DNA from: Alphaproteobacteria bacterium
GTDB lineage: Bacteria > Pseudomonadota > Alphaproteobacteria > Rs-D84
NCBI GenBank assembly: GCA_017475605.1
Contig: JAFVFD010000005.1
Coordinates: 90,001-122,000 of the forward strand
Direction: 5' to 3'
DNA length: 32,000 bases
The translations under genes were made by a program, and so were the position numbers. Position 1 is the stretch's first letter. Each line of letters starts with the position of its first letter. Below are positions 7,658-15,977 of the stretch, piece by piece. The notes beneath the pieces are model-generated. The model had not been told where the DNA came from. It saw nothing but the letters and a program-made list of their open reading frames with translations, and ran no database searches.

Positions 7658-7685
7658 ATACCCCCGCCCATTTGGGCGGGGGTAT
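7658..7685. terminator. Bidirectional intrinsic terminator shared by the convergent genes 3653..7642 (+) and 7687..8442 (-)
   Basis: Perfect 12-bp stem ATACCCCCGCCC / GGGCGGGGGTAT with an ATTT loop. It is followed by TTTTAT on the plus strand and preceded by an AT-rich run. Confidence 0.75.
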
Positions 7686-7686
7686 T

Positions 7687-8442
7687 TTATGGGTTGTAAT
7701 AACAACTGCTTGTAAATTGAAAATTACCAATATTATCGTGCAGTGTATAGTTCCCTGGTATATAACACTCATTTATGGCAGAGGCCCCTGCCCCTATTGT
7801 TGTTCCAACCGCTGCATCAGTGCCACTTGTTCCAGCATAAAATGTTGAAGATATCGGACATCGACTGCAAGAATTATTATTTAAATAATATCCTTGTACA
7901 CACACAAAATTCGGCCCACCTGGACAACCAGCATTATCAGGACACGCATTACACCGCGGGTCGTCCATTGAACTGGCTATTCCGTAATACCCAGATGCAC
8001 ATCTAAACTCTACTATTGTATTACATGTGCCACAAATACATGTTTTTCTTTGTCTCATTTGAATGTGATACGAATTAGCCGGTGTCCAGTCTGAATCGGA
8101 ACAATTTGTACAAGATGCCGAAGGGCACCCGCAGGTTTTATAAATATTCGTTGACGAATATTCACATCCATCATCTGTATAAGTTACATCCGTTAACACT
8201 TGACCTGTATTACATGATGTGCAACTTTGTACAGGACGAAAAGCCACGCTACCACTGCCATCGTAATTTGGATTAACAATAAAGTATATTGTTTCCGATG
8301 TTTTACAATTACTGCCAGTTATTATTGTTGAAAGTACATAAGAAGAATCGGGCCTGGTTTTTGTATTTGTACATGTTTGTCCATAAGCGTTAGTAAGTGT
8401 AACAAATATTATACTAGATGTGATTAAACAGTTCCTCTTCAT
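7687..8442 (-). CDS. Secreted cysteine-rich protein with ephrin-receptor-like / furin-like (GCC2_GCC3-type) repeats
   Basis: Signal peptide MKRNCLITSSIIFVTLTNAYG. Repeats: CASGYYGIASSMDDPRCNACPDNAGCPGGPNFVCVQGYYLNNNSCSRCPISSTFYAGTSGTDAA...INEC. This fits the C..GYY...C..CP pattern typical of eukaryotic-type Cys-rich repeats. RBS AAAGGGAAGGGGA lies upstream. The gene looks AT-rich relative to its neighbours by eye. Confidence 0.75.
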   Translation of the reverse strand: MKRNCLITSSIIFVTLTNAYGQTCTNTKTRPDSSYVLSTIITGSNCKTSETIYFIVNPNYDGSGSVAFRPVQSCTSCNTGQVLTDVTYTDDGCEYSSTNIYKTCGCPSASCTNCSDSDWTPANSYHIQMRQRKTCICGTCNTIVEFRCASGYYGIASSMDDPRCNACPDNAGCPGGPNFVCVQGYYLNNNSCSRCPISSTFYAGTSGTDAAVGTTIGAGASAINECYIPGNYTLHDNIGNFQFTSSCYYNP

Positions 8443-8475
8443 TGTGTTTCCCCTTCCCTTTGTGTTTCCAAGCGA

Positions 8476-8589
8476 CCGATTTAAAACGGTGGTTTTGATT
8501 CGGCTATTTTTGCCGTTGACAAAGTCCCGGAAAACCGAATAAAATAGGAATAATTAAGAGGCCGATTTTAAACCACCGTTTTAAATCGG
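8476..8589. repeat. 20-bp perfect inverted repeat bounding a 74-bp spacer: ccgatttaaaacggtggttt at 8476..8495, and its reverse complement at 8570..8589
   Basis: Read directly from the sequence. The right arm also lies inside a local hairpin (8561..8590) that is followed by a T-rich run. Confidence 0.8.
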
Positions 8590-8670
8590 CAACTTTTATT
8601 TTATGCAACACATTGTGTTTACGGCATAATCCGCCGATTTTTTGTTTTTAATTTTTTGTGTTTTTTCTTT

Positions 8671-8742
8671 GTCATTGCAAGCCTGCGAAGCAATCCACAA
8701 ACCCGTTAGATTGCCACGGTCGCTATGCTCCATCGCAATGAC
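8671..8742. repeat. Imperfect palindromic intergenic element (gtcattgc ... gcaatgac), REP-like
   Basis: The termini GTCATTGC (8671..8678) and GCAATGAC (8735..8742) are reverse complements. Internal partial symmetry: gcgaagcaatc versus gattgcc..gtcgc. Its translation (..IAMEHSDRGNL..IASQACNDKE.. on the minus strand) resembles the spurious peptides that such palindromic repeats produce in many genomes. Confidence 0.55.
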
Positions 8743-8864
8743 AAACACCACTACCCCGGCTCGTTTCACTCGCCACCCCTTAGCATGCGAAGGGGAATTA
8801 CTGAACTCTGCCCCCCATCGCCCCACCATATTATGTTGACAGGAAACACGACATTGCTTGTACT

Positions 8865-8891
8865 AAAAAACCGCCCGTATGGGCGGTTTTT
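8865..8891 (-). terminator. Intrinsic terminator downstream of the autotransporter gene
   Basis: AAAAAA-CCGCCC-GTAT-GGGCGG-TTTTT, located 10 nt beyond the stop codon at 8902..8904 (minus strand). The symmetric A/T flanks make it potentially bidirectional. Confidence 0.75.
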
Positions 8892-8901
8892 ATCAAGAAC
8901 A

Positions 8902-11900
8902 TTAGAATCTGTACGACCCAGACAATCTGAACTTGTGGAACTGAATATCGTTGTTATATTGATAACGATAATCAAGACCCATTTGGAATCCCTTGGCCGA
9001 CAACAATTCCACACCACCACCAATATTTGCCCACAATGGATCAATATCTACACTGTACTTGCTGTAAGTTTTCGCCGGACCAAACTTAAAGTTAATTGAA
9101 TCTGGAACCCCCAGGACATCATATTCGATTCCCGCCGATGCATATGGACGAACCTGGAACCAGGATGTTGGGTATATACGTTTTTGTACAATCAACGAAT
9201 AGCCCGGTGTGAATATCAGATAACCATCCGAATCCATTTGCATATAATCGGAACCTGCGGCCTTTTCTTTGACCGAGAAGCCAAAGTTATATCCAACACG
9301 CGCATACGCGTTACCGACCAGATATTGATTCAACCAATCATGTAACAGGCCCCATTCGGAAATCAAACTAAATGCCGTACCGGAACCACTTATGCTTGAA
9401 ACATAGTTCTGTTCACGCGAAATATCCAGCAAGTGTAAATCAAAGAACCCGTTTCCATACAGACGTGTTTTCGTACCCAAAATCTTCATCATGTATGCAC
9501 CCAAACCAATATTCGTGTCTGCAACATCAAAACTGACGCGGCCATTGATGGTTTCATTTGGTCTGTAACTTAAATCTATTGTATCAGCATCATCAGATGA
9601 CATGTGCGAAACATGGCCAACAAATCCCAAAAGTAATGTTGAAGAATGTTGCCAATCATAACCGCCCATTATGCTGAATCTGTCGCCGTTCGCATGTTTT
9701 CCATCATCTGTATTTTGATAGAATAAACCATAGTCAACATCAACCCATGCTTTTTTCAAACTGCGATGACGATTCCAAATAAATTCATCCAACATGTGAT
9801 CTTCGAAATCGCGGAATGTGGTATGTTCATTTAACACAACATCGCCCGCAACCAATTCTGCTTCACGTGGCTGGACCAGGCGACTAAACCGCGCCAATGC
9901 TGTACCATCCGGATTCAACACATATTGTTCCATACGGTTGTACAATTCATTTGCCAATTCTTCTAAATTAGTTCCGGCAAATGCTACTGGTATCGCCTCG
10001 ATTGGTGTAGTGTTATTAAACTTCTTATCCTTTAACCCACCCGCAATCATTTCGTCCAATGCGCCGGCGGCATCATGTTCACCATCGGTATGATTATCTA
10101 CACGATCCACAATTGGTTGAATTTTGAAGACTTCAACCGGACCACCAAAGCGGGAATCAAACACGATATAGATACTGTCGGTTACACCATCTTCGTCTAT
10201 ATCACGCACCGTCAGATATGCCGGTAATTGTGTTTGCGTTTGGTTCGCGTTTGCATTTTCAGCAATAGAATTGTCGAAATACTTGAAACACAAACTGCCA
10301 TCGGCATTACAGAAATTGACATTCAGGTTACGAATCTTGTTTGCCAATTCATCCAAGCCTTCACTGCTGGCGGAATGTAACAACCAAATGGCGGTACCAC
10401 TGTCCACCATATCGAATATATCAATTCCGATTTGTGGCGCGACCAATTCATCGCCCGACAATTCAGAACCAACATTCGTTGCCTTGTTGATAAAACGACC
10501 CGCAACAGAAATCAATGGTGCCGCATTACCATCTGTGGCATTTGTGATTTGACCCAATGTATTATCATCAGCCAATGATACCGTCGACCAATAATTGTAT
10601 GTTGTTGAATTAATTTCCACACCCGGATATCCTAAAATCGCGGCATGTATCATGCTGTTATTATCAAATGTATAATTACCGCCAACATCCATGTGTTCAA
10701 GGCCAACAAATTGTACCCCGCCAGAAACATTACCACCCACATCAACATCCAGCCAGTTATTTGCTGGATCCGCCTGGATACGCAAATTGGTTGCATCAAT
10801 ATTATTCGTAATCGCAACATCACTGCTTTTAATCGTCATTGAACCAGATTCCTGTTTGATTCCCTTGACGGTTAAATTAGATGTTGTTAATACATGATTG
10901 TCGGACATTATGTTAACATCGCCCGTTCCCAACCCAGATGTATAATTTTGACGCAACATTCCACCAATCGTAAACGCATTACCCAATGTCAAGGTATTTG
11001 CGGTTATTGTTGCCGTCCCAGTGTTATTTTTGAACGATGCGGCATTAACGGCACCTGATGTTGTCTTTAATGACAAAGTACCAGTATTTTCCACAACCCC
11101 CAATGACAAATCATCAGTTGTATTCAATGTCAACGTGCCCGCGTTTTTGGTCTTTGCGTTGTTCCCCGTTATCGCGACAGATTCCGCATTGATTATTGCC
11201 GTACCCGCTGCAACAACATCAATACCATTTGCAAATGTCGCATTATTTGTAATGTTATAAGTTACTGTATTGGCATTAACCAACAATGCACCACCTGAAA
11301 CATTCAAATTATCTGCCTTCAATGTGCCGCCATTATTCAAGACCAACACACCACCGGTTGTGCCACCCTGGCTCATATCGCCATTGGATACAGATATATC
11401 GCCATCAACATCTATCGCCCCAGATGCCAACTTGGTTGTTCCGCCCGACAATGTCATACTATCTGAATTAACAGATGCACCCGACAAAGTAACATCGCCC
11501 CCCGATACAACCACAGAATCTATGCCCAGCGCATTTGTTGCCGCCACCGTCGTTGTCCCGGCCGATGAATCCAACCCGGACATTGTTATGGCCTTGGCAT
11601 TTATATCCAATGTACCTTTGTTCGTTACAGTACCCGTATTAACCGAATCGGTGGTGTTCGTGGTTCCCAATGAAACCGTACCAGATGTCCCATTGTTAAT
11701 CGCCGCTGTTTTAACGGTTGTACCGGTTGCCGTAACCGTACCACCATTTGTTGTTGTTATTGCATCATTAAACTTAACCACATTAGATGCAGTAACATTT
11801 AACACACCATTCGCTGTATCTGCCACAATTGCACCACCCAACGTTGCATCGTTTCCGGACACAATATTCAATGTTCCATTTTTAATCGATGCACCACCAT

Positions 11901-14097
11901 CTACCAATACATCGCCGGTATTCGTTTTTAATGTAATTGCGGATGGGCCACTTATAACCACACCCTTGGTTTGACCGGTTGTACCGTCAAAGAATATTCC
12001 ATTATCAATATCAATGTCGCCACTTGTTGCGGTTACACCATTCCCATGCAGAAGGAACAATCCAGCCCCCGACAAAGATTTTAATGTTGTTGCACCAGAA
12101 TATATTTCAACCGTTCCACCATTGTTTGCCGTAACATCACCAGTAATATCTAATGTTGTTTGCGTTGTTGATGTTGGTGCGTTACCGAACGCAATATTCC
12201 CCTTGCCACCAACGGTTACATCGCCACCAACCTCTATTACATTGGCCGCCAATGTTCCAGTACGCGCCACAGACGAATCGGTTGCGGTAACATCACCATC
12301 AATATTTATTTGTCCAGTGGACGCAAGTGTAAATCTGTTAACACCACTGTTTGCAACATTAACATCGCCCGCCGCGGTTGCATTAGTTCCACTAAATGTT
12401 AAATTGCCATTGATTTGCGTTCCGCCACCAACAGTTAAATTATATGTATTCGCCCCAACGTTAAACGCACCCGTCGTTACCAAAAGGTCGTTAGTTATTG
12501 TTGCGCCACCAATCCGCGCATCCAGGTTTGTTACACCACCCTGGGCATCAATACCACCGATAACAACACTGGCCCCTGCCAAATCGGAGCCCTCGATTGT
12601 CGTTGTTCCTGCGGTTGTTAACACAACGCCATCAATTGCGATTTGACGCGCACTAACATCAGTTGTTCCACCGGAATTGCTAACCCCACCAGACAAATGA
12701 ATTTTTCCAGTCGGATCGGTTTGCGCCGCAACGGTCAAAACACCATTACCAGTATTGGATACACTGGTTAATTCTATGATATCGCCATTCAATGTCATCA
12801 CACCGGCATTAGATACCGCCCCGGTCGCGGTTAATGTGCCATCCGCAGAAACCGTCGTTTTTGACCCGGCGGCACCATAAATACTTGTCCCAGATGGTGT
12901 AGTAATTGTGATATTACCGGCGGTGTCTTCTATTGTAGAAACTGTTAATTGATAACCGCGGTTTTGAATTGTGTTGGCTGTTATGCCGCCGGCCCCCGCG
13001 GTCAAAGTCATATTTGCCGCCGCGTTTTCTGAACCGTTGGAAATATTGTTCGCAGCAATTGAACCGCCACTTACCACCAATTCAAAGTTTGTTAATTTAT
13101 TATTTTCAAAAACCTGGGACAGACTGTCTGCACCGCCACCCAAATTCAATGTACCTGTTTTAAGGCTGAAAGTATTGGTGGCCTCCATATCGCTTAAATC
13201 AAAACCATATGCCAAACTAGTTTCACCCGTAACAACAATTGATAAATTACCCTTGTTCACGAACGATGCCTGGGTCCCCGAACCACCATTAATTTCCAAT
13301 GAATCAACCGCAATATTCATGATACTGCCGGTGTTATCATTCTTCATTGTTCCATCAACAGTCATATCCGTACCGGTTATACGCATAAGGGTTCCACTGT
13401 TTTCGACACTGCCACTTGTTGTAATTTCATCACCCGATTCAACAAGCATAGAACCACTGTTGTTTTGGATATTACGCGCAGAAATACTGCCCGCTGTGAT
13501 TTGCGTTTCCGCATTACCATTTGCGATAAAATCGTTAGTAATCGCTAAACCATTTGTAACATTGATTGTTGTGTTTCCGGACACAGAATCAATCGTTCCG
13601 GTTATATTTGCGGCATTCGCGGTTATTTCAAGGTTATCCTTGCTGGTAATATTACCGGTATTAAGTGTACCGATATTTTCCATTACCAACCCACCATCCG
13701 CACTTATCGTACCAATATTAACAGACGAAATTGTTGTGCCCTGGGTTTTAGATTTAATCCCCAACGAATAACCAGACAAAACTTCTAATACACTTGTAAT
13801 AGAAACATTACCATCACTTGCAATTGTATACGGATTCAATGCGGTTGGTTCAACAAAAATCTGACCACTGGCAACCCCGGAACCAGCCTGTCCAACATAC
13901 AAATTACTTGCCGACAAACCGCCGGTTCCCAACGATAAACCGTTACCTGAAATAACACGCACAAAATTATCAGACGGCACCGCCAGCCCATCCATAACAT
14001 TTGAATTCGGGGCCGTCGCCGGATCAATAACAATCGGTTCCGCGACCGCCGCGCTAAACGGCACAACACATGACATAAATGCTAAAAATTTTTTCAT
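8902..14097 (-). CDS. Type Va autotransporter (1731 aa) with a long repetitive beta-helix-type passenger and a C-terminal beta-barrel translocator
   Basis: Signal peptide MKKFLAFMSCVVPFSAAVAEP. About 1200 aa are rich in Gly/Thr/Asn/Val with degenerate repeats (..GGTTxV, ..TxTGxxV..). The C-terminal ~280 aa show an alternating hydrophobic pattern and end in ...FRLSGSYRF, with the terminal aromatic typical of OMP barrels. Confidence 0.9.
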   Translation of the reverse strand: MKKFLAFMSCVVPFSAAVAEPIVIDPATAPNSNVMDGLAVPSDNFVRVISGNGLSLGTGGLSASNLYVGQAGSGVASGQIFVEPTALNPYTIASDGNVSITSVLEVLSGYSLGIKSKTQGTTISSVNIGTISADGGLVMENIGTLNTGNITSKDNLEITANAANITGTIDSVSGNTTINVTNGLAITNDFIANGNAETQITAGSISARNIQNNSGSMLVESGDEITTSGSVENSGTLMRITGTDMTVDGTMKNDNTGSIMNIAVDSLEINGGSGTQASFVNKGNLSIVVTGETSLAYGFDLSDMEATNTFSLKTGTLNLGGGADSLSQVFENNKLTNFELVVSGGSIAANNISNGSENAAANMTLTAGAGGITANTIQNRGYQLTVSTIEDTAGNITITTPSGTSIYGAAGSKTTVSADGTLTATGAVSNAGVMTLNGDIIELTSVSNTGNGVLTVAAQTDPTGKIHLSGGVSNSGGTTDVSARQIAIDGVVLTTAGTTTIEGSDLAGASVVIGGIDAQGGVTNLDARIGGATITNDLLVTTGAFNVGANTYNLTVGGGTQINGNLTFSGTNATAAGDVNVANSGVNRFTLASTGQINIDGDVTATDSSVARTGTLAANVIEVGGDVTVGGKGNIAFGNAPTSTTQTTLDITGDVTANNGGTVEIYSGATTLKSLSGAGLFLLHGNGVTATSGDIDIDNGIFFDGTTGQTKGVVISGPSAITLKTNTGDVLVDGGASIKNGTLNIVSGNDATLGGAIVADTANGVLNVTASNVVKFNDAITTTNGGTVTATGTTVKTAAINNGTSGTVSLGTTNTTDSVNTGTVTNKGTLDINAKAITMSGLDSSAGTTTVAATNALGIDSVVVSGGDVTLSGASVNSDSMTLSGGTTKLASGAIDVDGDISVSNGDMSQGGTTGGVLVLNNGGTLKADNLNVSGGALLVNANTVTYNITNNATFANGIDVVAAGTAIINAESVAITGNNAKTKNAGTLTLNTTDDLSLGVVENTGTLSLKTTSGAVNAASFKNNTGTATITANTLTLGNAFTIGGMLRQNYTSGLGTGDVNIMSDNHVLTTSNLTVKGIKQESGSMTIKSSDVAITNNIDATNLRIQADPANNWLDVDVGGNVSGGVQFVGLEHMDVGGNYTFDNNSMIHAAILGYPGVEINSTTYNYWSTVSLADDNTLGQITNATDGNAAPLISVAGRFINKATNVGSELSGDELVAPQIGIDIFDMVDSGTAIWLLHSASSEGLDELANKIRNLNVNFCNADGSLCFKYFDNSIAENANANQTQTQLPAYLTVRDIDEDGVTDSIYIVFDSRFGGPVEVFKIQPIVDRVDNHTDGEHDAAGALDEMIAGGLKDKKFNNTTPIEAIPVAFAGTNLEELANELYNRMEQYVLNPDGTALARFSRLVQPREAELVAGDVVLNEHTTFRDFEDHMLDEFIWNRHRSLKKAWVDVDYGLFYQNTDDGKHANGDRFSIMGGYDWQHSSTLLLGFVGHVSHMSSDDADTIDLSYRPNETINGRVSFDVADTNIGLGAYMMKILGTKTRLYGNGFFDLHLLDISREQNYVSSISGSGTAFSLISEWGLLHDWLNQYLVGNAYARVGYNFGFSVKEKAAGSDYMQMDSDGYLIFTPGYSLIVQKRIYPTSWFQVRPYASAGIEYDVLGVPDSINFKFGPAKTYSKYSVDIDPLWANIGGGVELLSAKGFQMGLDYRYQYNNDIQFHKFRLSGSYRF

Positions 14098-14208
14098 TGT
14101 ATTTTTTCGTTTTATTATGGTTAATTTTATGCTTGTATTTTATCATAATTTAGCAATCATAACAAGACAGAAAAATAACTTATCGTTACGTAAAGAAGGA
14201 GAAAAAGT

Positions 14209-15471
14209 ATGTACAAAATAAAACGTATCCACGCACGTCAAATCATGGACAGCCGCGGAAATCCAACCGTTGAATGCGATGTCGTATTGTCCGGTGGCGC
14301 GTTTGGGCGCGCGGCGGTACCGTCCGGCGCATCTACCGGTGCAGCCGAGGCGCTTGAACTGCGTGATGGTGGAACGAAATACATGGGACGTGGGGTATTG
14401 ACGGCGGTAAAAAATGTTAACGATATTATCGCACCGGCAATTATTGGAATGGATGCCACACACCAGATTGAAATTGATGAAAAAATGTTGGAATTGGATG
14501 GCACAGACAACAAATCAAAATTGGGGGCGAACGCAATATTGGCCGTATCTTTGGCGGTGGCACATGCGGCGGCATGCGCAAAACAAATGCCACTATACAA
14601 ATATATCGCTGAAATATTTGGCGAAGAAAACCCATGCGTTTTACCACGTCCAATGATGAACATTATTAACGGTGGCGCACATGCGGACAACGGCCTGGAT
14701 GCCCAGGAATTTATGATTATCCCTGTTGGTGCGAAATCTGAATTTGAAGCTATCCGTATGGGGTCCGAGGTTTTCCATCACCTTAAAACAATTCTGAAAC
14801 GCGGTGGCAATTCAACAAATGTTGGTGACGAAGGTGGCTTTGCACCAAACTTTCAATCAACCCGCGCGGCATTGGATACCATTATGACCGCAATAACCGA
14901 TGCGGGATACACCCCCGGTACCGATATTGCAATTGGCCTTGATGTTGCATCATCTGAATTTTACAAGGATGGCAAATATTTATTCGAAGGCCACGAAATG
15001 TCCGCCGATGATATGATTGCGTTTTATGAAAAATTAATTTCTGATTATCCAATCATTTCTATTGAAGATGCACTGGCCGAAGAAGATTGGGATGCATGGA
15101 AAACATTGACCGCGCGCATTGGCAACAAATGCCAATTGGTTGGCGATGATTTATTTGTAACGAATCCTGCACGCCTTGAACGCGGTATAAATATGGGGGC
15201 GGCAAATGCCATCTTAATCAAAGTAAATCAGATTGGCAGTCTTACCGAAACCCTGCGCGCAATTAAAATGGCCCAGGATGCAAAATATGGTGTAATCGTT
15301 TCACACCGCAGTGGCGAAACCGAAGATACCACGATTGCCGACCTGGCGGTTGGAACAAACGCTGGCCAAATAAAAACTGGTTCCATGTCGCGTACCGACC
15401 GTATGGCAAAATATAACCAGTTGGTCCGCATAGAAGAAGAACTGGACAAACGCGCAAAATATGGTATATAA
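14209..15471 (+). CDS. eno: Enolase (phosphopyruvate hydratase)
   Basis: [19 protein letters not shown]...[19 protein letters not shown]...; [12 protein letters not shown]; [11 protein letters not shown]; [12 protein letters not shown]; [17 protein letters not shown]. Strong RBS GAAGGAG lies 7 nt upstream. Confidence 0.97.
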   Translation: MYKIKRIHARQIMDSRGNPTVECDVVLSGGAFGRAAVPSGASTGAAEALELRDGGTKYMGRGVLTAVKNVNDIIAPAIIGMDATHQIEIDEKMLELDGTDNKSKLGANAILAVSLAVAHAAACAKQMPLYKYIAEIFGEENPCVLPRPMMNIINGGAHADNGLDAQEFMIIPVGAKSEFEAIRMGSEVFHHLKTILKRGGNSTNVGDEGGFAPNFQSTRAALDTIMTAITDAGYTPGTDIAIGLDVASSEFYKDGKYLFEGHEMSADDMIAFYEKLISDYPIISIEDALAEEDWDAWKTLTARIGNKCQLVGDDLFVTNPARLERGINMGAANAILIKVNQIGSLTETLRAIKMAQDAKYGVIVSHRSGETEDTTIADLAVGTNAGQIKTGSMSRTDRMAKYNQLVRIEEELDKRAKYGI

Positions 15472-15486
15472 ATATACAACAAAGGA

Positions 15487-15512
15487 AACGGGGAATAGCA
15501 TTATTCCCCGTT
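15487..15512 (+). terminator. Intrinsic terminator after eno
   Basis: Stem AACGGGGAATA / TATTCCCCGTT with a short loop, followed by TAGTTT. Confidence 0.6.
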
Positions 15513-15523
15513 TAGTTTAACAA

Positions 15524-15727
15524 ATGAATGTATCTAATTTGATTATTTATATCAAATACATTGTCGCAATTATTCTGGTTGTGGCGGTTTTCTGTGCGCC
15601 GGCATATCTGGCGGGCCAAACCGGTCGCGATAAAACAGATATGACAAAAATACGTGTTGGATCATGGCTGCTGGGGTGGTCAATTATCGGTTGGCTTTGG
15701 GCATTATTCAAAGCATCCAAGAAATAA
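15524..15727 (+). CDS. Small two-TM membrane protein, superinfection-immunity (Imm_superinfect)-like
   Basis: ...VFCAPAYLAGQTGRDKTDMTKIRVGSWLLGWSIIGWLWALFKA matches the conserved ...LLGWT.iGW..AL.WA C-terminal motif of that family. There is no obvious Shine-Dalgarno sequence. Confidence 0.5.
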   Translation: MNVSNLIIYIKYIVAIILVVAVFCAPAYLAGQTGRDKTDMTKIRVGSWLLGWSIIGWLWALFKASKK

Positions 15728-15749
15728 ATTATAAAAAACAATAAAAAAA

Positions 15750-15772
15750 GACGGGGCATGAAAAGCCCCGTC
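15750..15772. terminator. Bidirectional intrinsic terminator
   Basis: GACGGGGC-ATGAAAA-GCCCCGTC, with an A-run upstream (15741..15749) and a T-run downstream (15782..15789). It sits between the convergent 15524..15727 (+) and 15808..15939 (-) ORFs. Confidence 0.7.
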
Positions 15773-15807
15773 ATTTAATTGTTTTTTTTCAGATGTTTGA
15801 ACAAATA

Positions 15808-15939
15808 CTATCTTTCGATTTCTTCGGGCAGTTTTCCCAGGCGCGCCGACAGTTCTGCGCGGATATCAACCTTCGCAGCCGCCTTTTTAAAGCCAACTTT
15901 ACGCCCTGCCTGTTCAAACTTTTTTACGTTATCAGTCAT
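15808..15939 (-). CDS. Candidate small protein (43 aa), below the ORF-track size cut-off
   Basis: The reverse complement reads ATG (15939..15937) MTDNVKKFEQAGRKVGFKKAAAKVDIRAELSARLGKLPEEIER, with stop TAG at 15810..15808. AAAGGTAG lies 5 nt upstream. A near-consensus promoter lies upstream and a terminator downstream. I recognise no family. Confidence 0.35.
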   Translation of the reverse strand: MTDNVKKFEQAGRKVGFKKAAAKVDIRAELSARLGKLPEEIER

Positions 15940-15977
15940 GTTTCTACCTTTATTCAAAACATCTCTCTGACAAACCA

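Noticed and set aside
3653-8442. Diversity-generating retroelement or cassette-based antigenic variation of the Cys-repeat proteins
   Set aside because: The window contains no reverse transcriptase, no template/variable repeat pair at the DNA level and no silent cassettes or recombinase. The Cys repeats are similar only at the protein-pattern level.
8443-8901. Possible tRNA, SRP RNA, tmRNA or riboswitch in the long intergenic region
   Set aside because: I could not find a cloverleaf arrangement, conserved T-loop or anticodon features, or an SRP domain-IV-like motif by eye. Only simple hairpins and palindromes are present. A covariance-model scan would be needed to exclude them formally.
8596-9099. 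Track ORFs in the long intergenic region (8596..8829 -, 8642..8839 +, 8725..9099 +, 8766..9044 -)
   Set aside because: They run through the palindromic element and the terminator, or overlap the autotransporter 3' end. They have no RBS and their translations look like typical repeat-derived pseudo-peptides.
11021-13771. Several 200-270-aa plus-strand ORFs (11270..11974, 12014..12646, 12971..13771) inside the autotransporter gene
   Set aside because: They are antisense artefacts of the Gly/Thr/Asn/Val-rich repeat codons. Their translations are low-complexity Pro/Val/Ala/Thr strings with no start signals. The minus-strand ORF is continuous for 1731 codons, with a signal peptide and a barrel.
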